NCBI GenBank assembly: GCA_964247055.1 | Contig: OZ176054.1 | Span: 5,642,001-5,706,000, forward strand | DNA from: Paragordius varius | Taxonomy: Eukaryota; Animalia; Nematomorpha | Length of the DNA: 64,000 nt | Direction of reading: 5' to 3' | Part shown: positions 1 to 13,299 of the stretch, one piece after another | How positions within the stretch are numbered: position 1 is the first letter of the stretch | Layout: each line of letters starts with the position of its first letter | Position numbers and translations under genes: made by a program | The notes under the pieces: generated by a model | Databases searched by the model: none | Told to the model about the DNA's origin: nothing | What the model saw: the letters and a program-made list of their open reading frames with translations, nothing else

Positions 1-1620
1 AAATACGAGATGGTCTTGGACCGAGAAACATGAGAAAAGCTGGTTAACAGCTAAGAATTTGTTAAGCGAAAAAGTTTTTTTAACACCATATAATCCGAAT
101 TAGAAATTGATAATAAAAACTGATGCGTCAGATTTAGGATTCGGGTGTACTTTAAGTCATGAAGTAAATAGTGAAAAAATACCGAGAGCGTATGCCTTAC
201 AAAAGTGTAGCATTGCTGAAAGGAATTATTCCACTATCGAGATGGAATTAAAAGCAATATTGTTTGCGTTAAGAAAGTTTCATAGTTTCGTATATGGTAG
301 AAAATTTATGATATTAACTGACCATTCACCCTTAGTTATGTTAATAAATAGAGATCAAAATTCAAAAGAAATTGGATTAATATGATAAATGAAAACGACT
401 TTAAAATAAGTCATCAAAAGGGGGCTCAAAATAGAGCTGATTATCGAGATGGTCGATTGACGAGATCGTTGCCTATGATGAAGATTATGCGGTTACCAGA
501 TATCTGAGATTTTTGAATTGTCATAACGTGCGGTTAAGCAGAGATGAAATTCGAAAAGAAACCGCATTAGATCCAGTATTACAAAAAGTAATTAAAGCGT
601 TAAACAGCCATGACTGGAGTTGTCCAGAATTAGAAAAGTTTGTATACCGTAAAGACGAGTTGCCATATAAATATGGCTTATTAAGTTTAAATAATCGGAT
701 TATAATTCCGAAGCCCCTCCAAAAAGGTGATGAGATACCCAAGCGGTCATAACAACGTAGAGACCATGGAAGCGATGGCCTTTACGTGGTATTTGCCAGA
801 ATTAGAAAATGACCTGGTAAAAGCCAGTATTCAGTGCGAATCGTCCCAAAGTAGTAGGCCGAATGTTACTCAGAATTCCACGTATCATCAGCTCATAATG
901 TTGCTGTGTAAACGGTTATTATTGGTTGTTAATAAAGTGCCTCGAAATGAGTAGAAGGGTTTATTTTGAAAAAGGTAACCGCAAAGATTATATACCATAA
1001 ATTAGAAGAAACATTTGCAAAGTTCGGGTTTGCAAGAGAGATTGTTAGCGATAACTCTTCGTATTTCAGTAATGAGTAAGTACGTTAGGGGTGAAACATA
1101 ATAAGGTTACCCCCTACCATCCTAAGAGTAATGGGGTGGTAGAAAGGTTAGTAGGTACAAAAAAAAATAAATACAAAAGAATAAAATATAATGCGATATC
1201 CACCCACGAAGCGTTTAACACTAGCCTATGGGCGTATAGAAATTCTATACACTCAACAACGAAAGAAACTCCGGCGCAGTTAATGTTCAAGCGACACCCC
1301 ATACCCCCTTAACCTGGTTAAATAGTAGGACAAGATTGTTAGATGCACCGGCACCCCGACGTTAGTTTGCCATAATGATTAAAAATGAACTAAGTCTAGG
1401 GTGGCGCGCCGGATAAATTCGGACCGTACCGGGTGATTTTCATACAAGATGTGGGACAAAGAGCGGGATAAAGTCGTGAGGAAACACGCCGACCAAATAG
1501 TACACCAACCACAACAACAAATTACCACTTCCAGCAACACAAGTGAGGAGGAAGTAACCACGGCAAAGGACGATGGAACGATTGCCGAAACGCAACCAAA
1601 CAGCACGATCAATCCAAGTG
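1..1620 (+). mobile_element. Decayed Ty3/Gypsy pol fragment (RNase H-integrase), same family as the element at 34942-39168
   Basis: Broken ORFs 107-385 (TDASDLGFG...NYSTIEMELKAILFALRKF, RNase H), 513-752, 727-954, 1091-1312 (KVTPYHPKSNGVVERLVG, integrase) and 1449-1691 are colinear with the minus-strand pol at 35375-37316. There are many stops and frameshifts. Similarity ends near 1620 with no PPT or LTR. Confidence 0.93.
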
Positions 1621-3425
1621 ACGACCACTCTAGATACCAGTTCGATATAACTCACCACTGTCAAGATCTCACTATTATGATCGAAAAATAAGTTAAAAAT
1701 TTTATTTGTTAATTATTAAAAGCACGTCTGCTAAATTTATTTTATTATTCTGAATCACTTACGGAATCACTAAAAACTTCAATTAAGACATCATTTTTTT
1801 TATCAATCAGGGCTATAAAAAGCACCTCTAGGGCCCTAAGTGGCCCAGCGGTTTTATGATGTATTAGAGTGATCTTATACCGTTTTCAGCAGGCTCTATA
1901 ATACCATTAAACAAGGACTATCACGTTTATTTGAACAAAATAGCCCAGAGGGCCAAAAATCTGAGATTTCGAAGCTCACATCTAAAATATAAATTTTATA
2001 AAAATATTATTTTGCTTTTACGTTGTGATTTTGTGATATTTTTGGAGTGAAATGCCAAAACCAAAAGCACCATGAGATCACTTTTACCGATCAGAATATA
2101 TATTTAATTAATAAATATTTTCTTTCGTGCATTGCATAAAAAGTGAATTTGTTATATTTCTAAAAACTTTATCTACAGTCCTTCGATAATTTTTTATAAC
2201 TACTCCGAGTTATTTAACGTTGAATGAATAAACAATAATTTAAAATATAAAAAATCAAGTACATCTTAACAATATGTTTAAGGATGAATAAGAGTTTTAA
2301 ATGATCAATAAATATCTGATAGTGTGTGCCTTTTATATATGCACGGGCTGCGCTTTTTCTGAAAGTTTCATAAACACCAATTCTTTTTAATTTAAATCTT
2401 TTGATTATCAATTTTTAGCGTCAAAACAGGTAATTTTATTTATTCTATGATACGTAAATAAATTTGCATATTTTTATCAAAACAGGTAGGCAAATAATCT
2501 TAACAAAAAGAGCCTTTTGACCCTAAGAAGACAATATAGATAAAAATATATTGTATTATTTATTGTTATAACAGTAGTTTATTAGATCACAATAATGGTC
2601 ACAAAGGAGTGTAATTGAAATCATTAAAAATATAATTTTAATGAGATGTGGATGGAACCGTAGTTCACTCTAGGGATAGAGAAGAGATGTTGAATATATG
2701 AGGATAATAATAATAATAAAAACATTGCAAATAATACATTTTTATTTATATAAATAGTAAAATATATATAATGATATATAAATGTGTGCTTTCCCCTCCA
2801 ATGTCCATTCAATGGAACTCCAAATCTAAAATAGAAGATTGAATGAAAAGATGATAGTATAAGGTTTATGTAGTAAAAATTATATCTCACTTAATATAAT
2901 ATTTATAAGTATGATCTTTTAAGCTTTATATATAATAAAATTTTATAAATAACAATAAGGTATTACTTTTGTCAATGGATTCCCCCATCGCATCGTTGTG
3001 CCAGCATCTACGCGTCAAAATAAAAAAATTCTTAAAATAATTTGGCTTATTATTCCGAGGAATCGCATTAATTTGGGTATCCGGTTTTTTTGTGTTGTTG
3101 AATTTTACTTTTTCTGGGACTGGGTTGATTTCATTTATTCCTTCAAGCACATTCTGACTTTCACCTCTGGTTGCTTTTGTAAGACTATATTTACCGGTTT
3201 TACACTTCAGTTTAGGCCAATATAGGATTGGTTTAGCCCGTAAAATTGTAGGTTTAATCCTTGTTTCCGAAATATTCTCTTCATGATGGATTAAACTCAC
3301 TTTTTTGAGGACTACAGAAGAATTATTTTCCATTATTCCATCAAGGGTATTCTGACTTTCACCTCTGGTTGCTTTTGTAAGACTATATTTACCGGTTTTA
3401 CACTTCAGTTTAGGCCAATGTAGGA

Positions 3426-5500
3426 TAATGTGACCAGATATTTAGAACCCTGGCGCAGTACAAAATTAAAACATACTTTGCCTATTTTTTAACCGGATTT
3501 TTGGCGTTTTATATTAAATGATATTGTTCGTTACTATTTATAAGTTCATTAGTAACAATTATAATATCCAATAAATTTATAAAAATTTAATATAAATATA
3601 TATACATATATTATATCATATGTTATATATATGGATATATAAAATAATACTAGCGTAAATATCGTGCTGCTACGCAGCCCGAGGAAGTTCTTTGGACTGG
3701 TGGGGCTATTTGAAAAAAGGGACAGATCCACATATGTGGATTATTTCGAAACATCATTTATTAGCTATGATCTCATAGGAATTTCAGAACGGTGCATTCA
3801 TACTAATATATTGTTTACTTGGGCGAAAAATAGATTCTAACAATTTGAATTTTTTTGGAAAAATGGCATTTTACGGGAGGAGCGGGTAAAAAGAGGGCCT
3901 TAATTAAAAAAGCGAGCGGATTATGTTCGGCGCAATCGAATATAAGTAAACAAAAATCATATTTGAAATTGAATAGTCCAACACGTTTTCCAGAAAATTC
4001 CCTCAAAGACACGATTTTTGTGGACTTCTGTTTTCAAAAAAACCGTTTTTTTACACGGGGTAGGCCCGAACTGGGGGCCTAATTCAAAAAAGGGCGAAGA
4101 TATTGTCGGGGCATTCATTAATGATTATATTTTTTCGACATTTGGATTTGAATGGATCTACCGGTTTCCCTGAAATAGATCACCAAGCTTTCCATTTTTA
4201 TAAATATATAGATTATAATGGTATGTTTGTTTTAAAAAATCCTAATTGTCAAATATAATTACCAATATATGATAATAAAAAAGAGGGAAACAATATATCT
4301 GGTTTTTATAAGATGTTGCCGTGCAGATAAAATCATTCACACACGATCTTATGAAAGTTCTGTTTCATAGCTTTTTAGAAAAAATGACTATTTGACAGCA
4401 GGTAAAACTATGCGTTGATGAAAAAAAGATAGGTGAATGGATTGAAAATTATTCAAATGCCGACTTTGCTACAGTGTAAAATTCAAAAATAATTCAAAGA
4501 GTTCTGAGTCTACCCAATCAATGGTATATGACGTGACATAATTATTAATAAATAATTATTTTTTTATAATAGTAATAATATCTAAAAATAATAAATTATA
4601 TATATTTTTCAGATTTATGTATTTGTCCCAATAATTTATGGTTTTTCGAAATTTTTTCTAAAAAAGCTTCACAATTTTCTTCTATATTTTTGACTATTTT
4701 GCTTTCAAAGTATATATTGTGAATTGTGTTTTTCCGTAGTCCATATTTTGTTTATAGGAAAAGGCACGGAAAAGAAAATTAAAATGGAATTAATAAAAAA
4801 ATTATTATGTGTGTGTGTGTGTGTGCCAAAATTAAAATAGGTCTATAAATTTGTTTATGCACAAAAGAGAAAAGACTGGCTAAAAATTAAAGTTTAAGGG
4901 AGCAAAAAATTAAGGAACATACCTCCCGCCCAAAACATAAAAAAGTTGTTTTATTCCTAGAAAAAAAAAGGTTATATCGAAACCAAATATAATGAATTTT
5001 AAAAATAATATGCGGAAATATAAAAAATTTCCGTTTGATAATTATAATTAAAGTAAACTCAAATAAATTTAATTTAGCTGAAACTTATATGAAACAAGAT
5101 GAATTTTCAAAAGATAAAATTACAATATTAATTTATTTTTGGTTATTTTTGAGGTCGCTTTTGCGGAAGCCCTGAGTGAAAGGTTGGCCTAAATCTGGAG
5201 TCTGATATTGATAGTTCCGCCACTGCCGGTTTAAAACGCAACTCAATGTATAATTAGAGCAGAAAATAAAATATTAAAATTAAAGGCCATAGTTTTTTAC
5301 AGTTAAAAAAACCATTTATTTACTTTAACTAAGGGTACTCTATCGAATTCTACAAACAAAACTTGTACAAATAAATGGTAATTAAAATATTTATAAAAAA
5401 AATTTTTAAAAAGCAGTACAAAAGTCAGGGCAGTACAGGCGCGGTTTTTTTTCGAAAACCCAGTACTGTACTGCGAAAAACAGCCTATCTGGTCACTTTA
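3426..5500. mobile_element. Non-autonomous hAT (Blackjack-like) DNA transposon, 2075 bp
   Basis: TIRs TAATGTGACCAGATA / TAAAGTGACCAGATA (14/15 match). 8-bp TSD ATGTAGGA at 3418-3425 and 5501-5508. Subterminal CAGTAC motifs at both ends. No transposase ORF. Confidence 0.88.
3816..4216 (+). repeat. Single ~400-bp satellite monomer inside the hAT element
   Basis: Clearly similar to the tandem units starting at 10741, 11211 and 11787 (GGCGAAAAATAGATTC...GGCCCGAACTGGGGGCC...ATAAATATATAGATTA). Confidence 0.9.
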
Positions 5501-6385
5501 ATGTAGGATAGGTTTAGTCCGTAAAATTGTCGGTTTAATCCTTGTTTCCGAAATATCTTCGTCATGATGGATTAAACTCACTTTTTGTACGACTACATTA
5601 GGGTTATTTTCGTTTCTAGCAGACGAACATTTAGCAAACACCTCACCATCCTTTTTCTCAAATTGGCAATCTAAATTATAGTTTATGAGTTAAGGCATGC
5701 AATATATAATTCGAGAATTTTTTTAAACACATTTAAACTTAAAATCTGTTACAATGACAGTTTATAAAGTTTTTTAATCATTAACTTTTGTAAACGTTTT
5801 TAATCCAAATAGGAAAAAAATATTAAAAGTCATTTTTTTGGGAATCTTTTAATCATTATTTACTTTTTTGAGGCGTTTCCTTTCCCTTCTTACACCCAAC
5901 ATTTTTCCCAAAGTATCCAACGAAAAATAGTAAATTTAGCATATTAACGATGACAAGATGTGTAGAATGTAAAATATTTTGAAAAATTTATAAACTATGT
6001 AATATTTTGATTGTTGCATTTATACTCTATGTTTATATAATCATCAAACTTGTGCTTTTAAAATATTACAACCTGATTTTAGACTCTTAAGGATTTTTTT
6101 GTGAGAATTTAAATATGGTTTAATTTTATAAATATAAGATACTGTTAACCCCAATATTTCACTAAGAATGAAAAAATTTTTGATTAAAGTTGAGTCTTGC
6201 AAATTATTTAGGAGTATGGATCTCAGTTTTGAGTTTTTTTAAGAAAAATATTTACACTTTTATGCTAATTTGCCATACACATTATTTACATGAAATTTTG
6301 ATGCGCTTCAAAAAATATCATTTAAATGCATCCTGATTAAATATGATAGATTAATGCACTGATGAGTGAATAAATCGAATCTTTG

Positions 6386-6606
6386 TTAATAATCAACTTT
6401 TTGCTGGACTTCATGGACAAATCTTCTGTAGGCTGATCTGTCTGAAGATATATTGATCCGATTGGAGATTGGAAGGTGGATGTCATTTGTTAATTGTTTA
6501 GACCATCTTTTTCTAAATCTGCCTTTTTTACATTTACCTTCTACCAGGCCCGCCATGATTGTTTTCTCCAATTTGTTGTTGCGGATGACGTGGCCAAACA
6601 GATAGT
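6386..6606 (-). mobile_element. 5'-truncated non-LTR retrotransposon (RTE-like) C-terminal fragment
   Basis: Peptide DYLFGHVIRNNKLEKTIMAGLVEGKCKKGRFRKRW...SSDRSAYRRFV matches the FGHVxR...GxVEGKRxRGRPRxRW...DRxxWR motif at the end of RTE-type RT ORFs. Confidence 0.8.
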
Positions 6607-9339
6607 CACAAAAAATTGTAAGGGCCAAAAAAAATATTTTTATTGTCAACGACCGTGAACCATATAATACTGACAAATACTGCATGGCTGGTTGATAAAT
6701 ATATGCATATACATACCTTAAATGAGGATACAAAAAAATAGTGATTAACTTTGGCTTAATAAGGTATTTTTAAGAAAGTGGTTCGAGTACTGGTATAGGT
6801 TTTGACAAGATCGAAATATCCGTACGTTTGGTATAAATATTTTAGTTGAATCTATGATTTATTTAATTCTTTTGTCAATACATTATATTCTAAAGCATAA
6901 CCATGAAAGTATTTTTTTATATCAGCTTCAAGAGTCACTTTAAACCTGTTCATGGGCGAGTTTCCTAAAATGAAAATAAACGTAAAAATGCCGAAAATGT
7001 ACTATTATTTTAATATATACCCTTTATTCTATATACGTCATTTCTTTAAAATGAAAGCATATTCTAGAAACCTATTTATTCCAACATACCGACAGTATAA
7101 AATTTAATTCAATATTTTATGAAAAATCTGCACACGGTGCCAGAAAATCTCTATCTATTATTTATTTTATTCAACTAAATTTCAATGGAATCGTATATTT
7201 TCCTGCTTCTTGCAGACATATTTTGGAATTCAAAGGATTTTATCAAAAATTCTAGTACTTATTAGTATTTTATGATACACAAATAAATGACGACACATTA
7301 TCTATTTAAAATGTGAGGTAGCATTTTTTCCGTAAAACGAGTAGCCTTAGCCTAATTTAATAATTATTCCCTTAGCTTAGTATGTATAAGACTCTATTCT
7401 CACTGTTTTACTCAGTTCATCCTCCCATCTAAGAGTTTTTAAAATGGGCTTCCAAAAGGTATACTTATTTGAACAGGTTTTAATAATGGGTGGATACCAA
7501 ACTTAGGCCGAAATTCTATGCTCTAACTTGCCTAAATGAAGCGTGAAAACACTTAATTAGAATCTTGATATATTTTAATTATACATGTATTCTATCATAA
7601 ATATTTATGTAGGACTCCTGATTTCTTGTACTATAGAGAATGATTTTCAGGTCAATACAAAAACTATTACAAGTTGATTATTTTAAACTCTTTCGGGTAT
7701 GTTATTTTAAAATTCATTAAGTTAATAATTCAAATAAAAAAAAATATCCTTTCTAAACCCTAATAATACAAAAATAAAATCTTGATAGTTAATTTAAATC
7801 TTAAACAATCCACCATTTTTTGAATTTTTGTTATTGTGATTAAAAAATATATTTTATGGTAGCAGGATTTTTTCTGCCCTTTCGAGATATTTTGTAGGAT
7901 CCACGAAAAATTCGTATAATTACCAAATAAAAAAGTCCTAAATCGTAAAAATCGCTATTCATAATCTAAGCAATTTATATTTCTTAAGCAATTTCTGAAT
8001 AAGAAATCCAAATGCCACGAACTAGCATAATTTGATGAAATAAATAGTTTTTATATTGTGTTAGTAATATTTTTACAGACAAATCTTATAAAAATGGTTT
8101 CACAAGATTTACAACATAAAAAGCTATTTATTTCACCCAAATTTGCTAGTTCGTTGCCAAAATTTAGATGTCTTCATTGAGAAATGGTTTAAAAAATAAT
8201 ATTGCTAAGATTATTTTATAAATCAATATTTTTGCCAATTATGTATTTTTTATTTGGTAATTTTACGAATTTTTTTCATGGGTCGTATTAATTATCTCGG
8301 AAGGCCGCAGACACCCGTGTTTTGCATCATAAAATATATTTTATATGACAATTTATTTGCAATAACAAAAATTTAAAAAATAGTCGTTAAAAGTTTGAGA
8401 CAACACTTCATATTATATTTGCGTGATGACATTTAGGGGTAGTTTTCTACCACACAGTTAAAGTAGTAAACAAACTACTGTTTTAAGGATTGGTTAAAAA
8501 TTGATATCAATCCTGTATTAGATAAACTTAGAATTATAATGTTTTTTAACTGTTAGAGTCTCCAAATCAAACAGATCCAAATTTAAACGAAGAGCTGATA
8601 TTAAAATCGATAAATATCAAAAATTGTTTTTGTATATTCGCAACCTTTGAAAAGTTAATTATTATTTTTTAACCTTAGTATACATTTGTTGCTTGTTAAT
8701 TTAGCGCATTAAAAAACAAATAAAATGGAGGTTTAAAAAGTTTTAAGTGAGAATTTGTTAACAATTTTCCATTTTTATTAAATGTACTAGCTGCTTAATG
8801 CTTCGCTGTGACTTAGTCTCATCGACAATTATTCTTAATAATTTGCAATAAATAGAGCTAATGGAAATGAAATAATAAATAACATATTAAATAAAAAAAT
8901 GTCTTTAATTATTCTCTTACGGGTATTTGCTTAGGCTCAAATATTGTTTACTCGAAATTGACCATATTTAAACTGTCCCTTATGAAAGTTAATATTAAAC
9001 TATTATTGGATTTAATAAGATACTCGTTTTACATGGGTAAAAGTTTTATTTTGAAATTGTGTTCACACTGCTGGGATCAAGGGAGATAAAAAGTAACTCA
9101 TTTTTGGTCCCTTTTTAAAGGAAAGAATGAAATACAAATTCGCCAGAAATGTGTTTAACTGAACTCGTATGTCTTCTTAAGTTTTTTAATGACTTCCAAA
9201 ACCACGCCTCTTTGTATGGCGTCTCAGTTTTAAACCAGTAGACTCCTACCCATAGACCTGTATGGAAAAGCGCTGAGTTAAATTATTTGGCTTTATAGGG
9301 CAATCATCTTTGTTACCATCGTTTCATGGGTTATTCGAA

Positions 9340-10700
9340 AAAATTCAACAATAAATAATCGTTATATTGGGTTATTCGAGGCATAAAGGCCCCAAATTAA
9401 CGGCTGATTAAAAACGTCTGACCTTTTTATCTAGTTACGGGTAATATTTCAAGCCTTTAATGAACTCATGTGGCTTCATAAATTTTCTGTAAATTAACTC
9501 CAAAACAAGGCAATTTCAGTGGCACAGTTTTTCGGGCACCTTACCCAGGGGCAGGTATAAAAAATAGTTGAGCAAAATTTTGCCTTTATATGGGGAATAT
9601 CTAGAATTATCATGGATTCCCTATTTTCCTATTAGACAGGTTTAGGCATGCTGTATCGATATGGTGTCGCAGTTTTATGCGGGTAGTCCCCTAACGAGGG
9701 GCGTAACAAAAAAACGCTCGATTAAAATTGCCTTAATTCGGGTAATACCTGGAATCATGATTGATTCCTTATGCTCTCGTGGGATTTCTGAAAATTGCCT
9801 CAAAAGCAAAAAGTCATTCTATGTTAGCGCATTTTTTAGGGCAAGGGCCCTATTAAGGGGTAATTTAATAAAACCGCTCTACTTAAATTTTTGCCTTTTT
9901 ACGGGTAATATTTCAAGCCCTTATTAAACTCATATGGCCTGATAAATTTTAATTTACCTCCAAAGTCACGCTGTATCGATATGGTGGCGCAACTGTTGGC
10001 GGGTAGCCCCCTACCCAGAGGCCAATATAAAAAAGACGAAATTGCCTTTATAGGAGAATACCTGGAATCATCATTCATTCCATATGTTCCTAATAGTTTT
10101 TGGAAGAATGACTTCAAAACTAAATAATAGTTCAATGATAGCGCATTTTTAGGGCGTAAAGGGCCTATTTAACCGCTAATTTATAAAAGCTCTACTAAAT
10201 TTTTTCTAATGGGTAATATTTCAGGCCCTTATAAAACTTATATGGCCTGATAAGTTTTCTGAAAATTAACTCCTAAACAAAGCAATTTGATATGGTGGCG
10301 AAGTTTTAGGCGGGTAGCTCCCTACCCAGAGGCTGATAGAAAAAAAGCGCTTGATTAAAATTTTTGCCTTTTTACGAGAATACCTGGAATCATGATTGAT
10401 TCCATATGCGCTCATTAGTTTTTGGAAAAATTGCCTCAAAATTAAAAATCCTTCTATAATAGCGCATTTCTCAGGGCGTGAAGGGCCTAATTAACGGCTA
10501 ATTTTAAAAAACCGCTTGTATAATTTTTGCCATTTTACGGGTGATATTTCAGGGCCTTATTGAACTCATATGGCCTGATAGGTTTTCTAAAATTTAGCCT
10601 CAAAGGCACGCTATTCGATATGACGGGTCAGTAAGCGGGTATTTTTACCCAGCAGCTATCATCAAAGTAACGCTTGACTAATTGCTTTTTGACAGGGAAT
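9340..10700 (+). repeat. Diverged tandem array with ~310-330 bp unit (satellite A)
   Basis: Anchor ACGGGTAATATTTCA recurs at 9437, 9901, 10209 and 10537 (spacings 464, 308, 328). Units also share GGAATACCTGGAATCAT and GATATGGTGGCG blocks. Confidence 0.85.
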
Positions 10701-10734
10701 ACCTGGAATCCTTATTGAATTTTTACAGTCTCAT

Positions 10735-12195
10735 ACTTTGGGCGAAAAATAGATTCAAATTTTTTTTTGTGGATTTGAAAAAATGGGATTTTACGAGGGG
10801 AGCGGGTAAAAAGAGGGCCTAAATCAAAAAAGTGAGTCGACTATGTTCAGCGCGATCAAAAATAAGTAAACAAAAATCATATTTGAAATTGAATGGTCCA
10901 ACACGTTCTCCAAAAAATTGACTTAACCCATTTTTCACACGGGGTGGGCCCGAACTGGGGACCTACTAATTCCAAAAACGGGCGAAGCTATTGTCGGGAC
11001 ATTTATTTATGATTATGTTTTTTTGATATTTGGATTTGATTGCGTTCACCGGTTTTCCGGAAACAGATCACAAAGTTACATGAGAAATCAGTTTTTAGCG
11101 GGTAGCTCCTTACCCAACAGCTATCATCCAAGAAACGCTTGACTAAAATTTTTGCCTTTTAACAGGGAATACGTCGAATCTTTATTGAATTTTTAAGGTC
11201 TCATACCTAAGGCGAAAAATCGATTTAAAAAATATTTTTGTGGACTTTGTTTTTTGAAAAAGGTGGCATTTTACGGGGGGAGCGGGTAAAAAGAGGGCCT
11301 AAATCAAAAAAGTGACTCGACTATGTTCGGCGCAATCGAAAATAAGTAAACAAAAATTATATTTGAAAATGAATGGTCCAACACGTTCTCCGGAAAATTG
11401 TCTCAAAGACACGATTTTTGTGGACTTCTGTTTCCAAAAAAAAACCCGTTTTTCATACGGGGTGGGCCCGAACTGGGGGCCTATTTCAAAAAAAGGGCGA
11501 AGTTATTGTCGGGGCATTCATTAATGATTATATTTTTTCGATATTTGGATTTGATTGGGTCTACCGGTTTTCCTGTACCAGATCACAAAGCTAGCATTTT
11601 CCATTTTTATAAATATATAGATTACCATAAATAATGTTTTAATATCCACATATCTTTTAACATGCTATACATATGATAGATACTCCTTACCCAGCATCTA
11701 TCATCAAAGAAACGCCTGACTAAAATTTTTGCCTTTTAACAGGCAATACGAAAATTTTTCTCGAATTTTTACAGTCTCATACCGTGGGCAAAAAAATACA
11801 ATCAAAATTGTGGACTTTGTTTTTTTTGAAAAAAATGGCATTTTACGGGGGTAGCGGGTAAAAAGAGGGCCTCAATTAAAAAAGCGACCCGACTATGTTC
11901 GGCGCAATCGAAAATAAGTAAAAAAAATCATATGTAAATCGAATGGTCCAACACGTTTTCGGGAAAATTGTCTCAAAGACACGATTTTTGTGGACGTCTG
12001 ATTTCAAAAAAACCGTTTTTTTACACGGGGTAGGCCCGAACTGGGGGCCTAATTCAAAAAAGGGCGAAGCTATTGTCGGGTTATATTTTAATGATTATAT
12101 TTTTTTCGATATTTGGATTTGAGTGGGTCTACCGGTTTTCCGGAAACAGATCACAAAGCCACCACTTTTCATTTTTATAAATATATAGATTATGC
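10735..12195 (+). repeat. Tandem array of three composite ~470-580 bp units (satellite B)
   Basis: Unit starts at 10741, 11211 and 11787. Each unit is the ~400-bp monomer plus a linker resembling part of satellite A (CTTACCCAGCAGCTATCATC...GGGAATAC). Confidence 0.88.
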
Positions 12196-12644
12196 GCCTA
12201 AAAGGCTAAATAAGGCATATTTTTAATTTGCTCCAATAAATATATTATTAAAATATTTAATTTCGAATTTGGTCTTTATGTATAAAACTACCCCAAAAGT
12301 CATGAAGTAATATTTTCGACTTTTCATAAGATCTACAACAACAGATTTCATTAAGATACTGTCTACTTCACAAAAATGGTTTCTATTTTAATTCAGATAA
12401 TTTTACAATCAGAAAGAACTAGTACTTTCGTTGCCACTTCTATTTATGGAAATATGTTTTAATAATTATTTACAACTTATCCTGAATTTCGCAAAAATCA
12501 GTGTTTTAAATTTCTTACAAAAACCTCCTAAAATAAAAGGTATTGTTCTTGGTATAGGTCAGTGGTATTTACCAAAATAAAATTCATCGAAATTCTACAA
12601 AAAATTTTGCACTTAAAACATTTATTTGATGTCATAATCTAGCA

Positions 12645-12940
12645 CAGGGGTGGCCAACATGCGCCCATCCAAGACTTTATGTGGGGCCCGCGATAAATTT
12701 GTCAATTTATATCAAAAAAATATACTCATAAAATTTTAATAAAATTGAAATTTCCTAATAATTTTTATAATTTAGTCTATCCAATTGGCAGCAATTAAAA
12801 ATTGATATAGTGTGTTTGCATTTTCTAGCTTTATGTTTGAAATCTAATAAATTCCCTACGAATGCCCATATATATTCTAATGCGGCCCGCCAGGTTTTTT
12901 CAGTTAAAAATGCAGCCTGCGAAATTTATGTTCACCCCTG
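12645..12940. mobile_element. hAT-Charlie-like MITE (296 bp)
   Basis: Termini CAGGGGTGGCCAAC / GTTCACCCCTG, internal GCGGCCCGC motifs, 8-bp TSD ATCTAGCA / TTCTAGCA resembling the Charlie nTCTAGan target. Confidence 0.85.
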
Positions 12941-13299
12941 TTCTAGCATATGTTAAAATTTTCATCGCGATACATATGCTTTTGTGCGTTTATTTTATGA
13001 TTCGCCTATTTTACAGAGGGCCAAAAATTTTAGATTTTCGGAGCCCACATTTAAAATACATTATATTTTTTTGCTTTTTGTGTTATGATTTATATATTTT
13101 AATATATTTTTTAGAATAAAGCATTTTTTGCCCAAAAATTTTATTAAGTGAAATGTGCTCAATTGCCGTTTATATGAAGAAGTTCCCAAATAAGTGTTAC
13201 TATATTTTCTATCATTTATAAGTTCAAAATCCCCATGAGAATATTATATCTATCGGAATATATAAATTGCACTTTGTAATTGTAATATAATGTAAATTT

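Larger units (their letters stand above)
2926..5670 (-). pseudogene. Exon of an unidentified host gene, with a 66-aa tandem duplication, interrupted by a hAT element
   Basis: Acceptor tttag at 5671-5675. The reading frame runs 5670 to 5501 (CQFEKKDGEV...RTKPILH) and, after removing 3426-5500 and one TSD, continues in frame (WPKLKCKTGKY...NFFILTRRCWHND). A 198-bp direct repeat is present (3156 vs 3354). No family recognised. Confidence 0.65.

Noticed and set aside
6340-6385. CTGATGA...GAA as a hammerhead ribozyme
   Set aside because: The core reads GAAT rather than GAAA, stem II is poor, and there is no NUH cleavage triplet in position.
7400-9285. Possible upstream exons (about 7405-7500 and 9130-9265, minus strand) of the hAT-disrupted gene, and an ABC-transporter resemblance of NFFILTRRCW
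   Set aside because: The open stretches are short and the similarity is too weak to support without a search.
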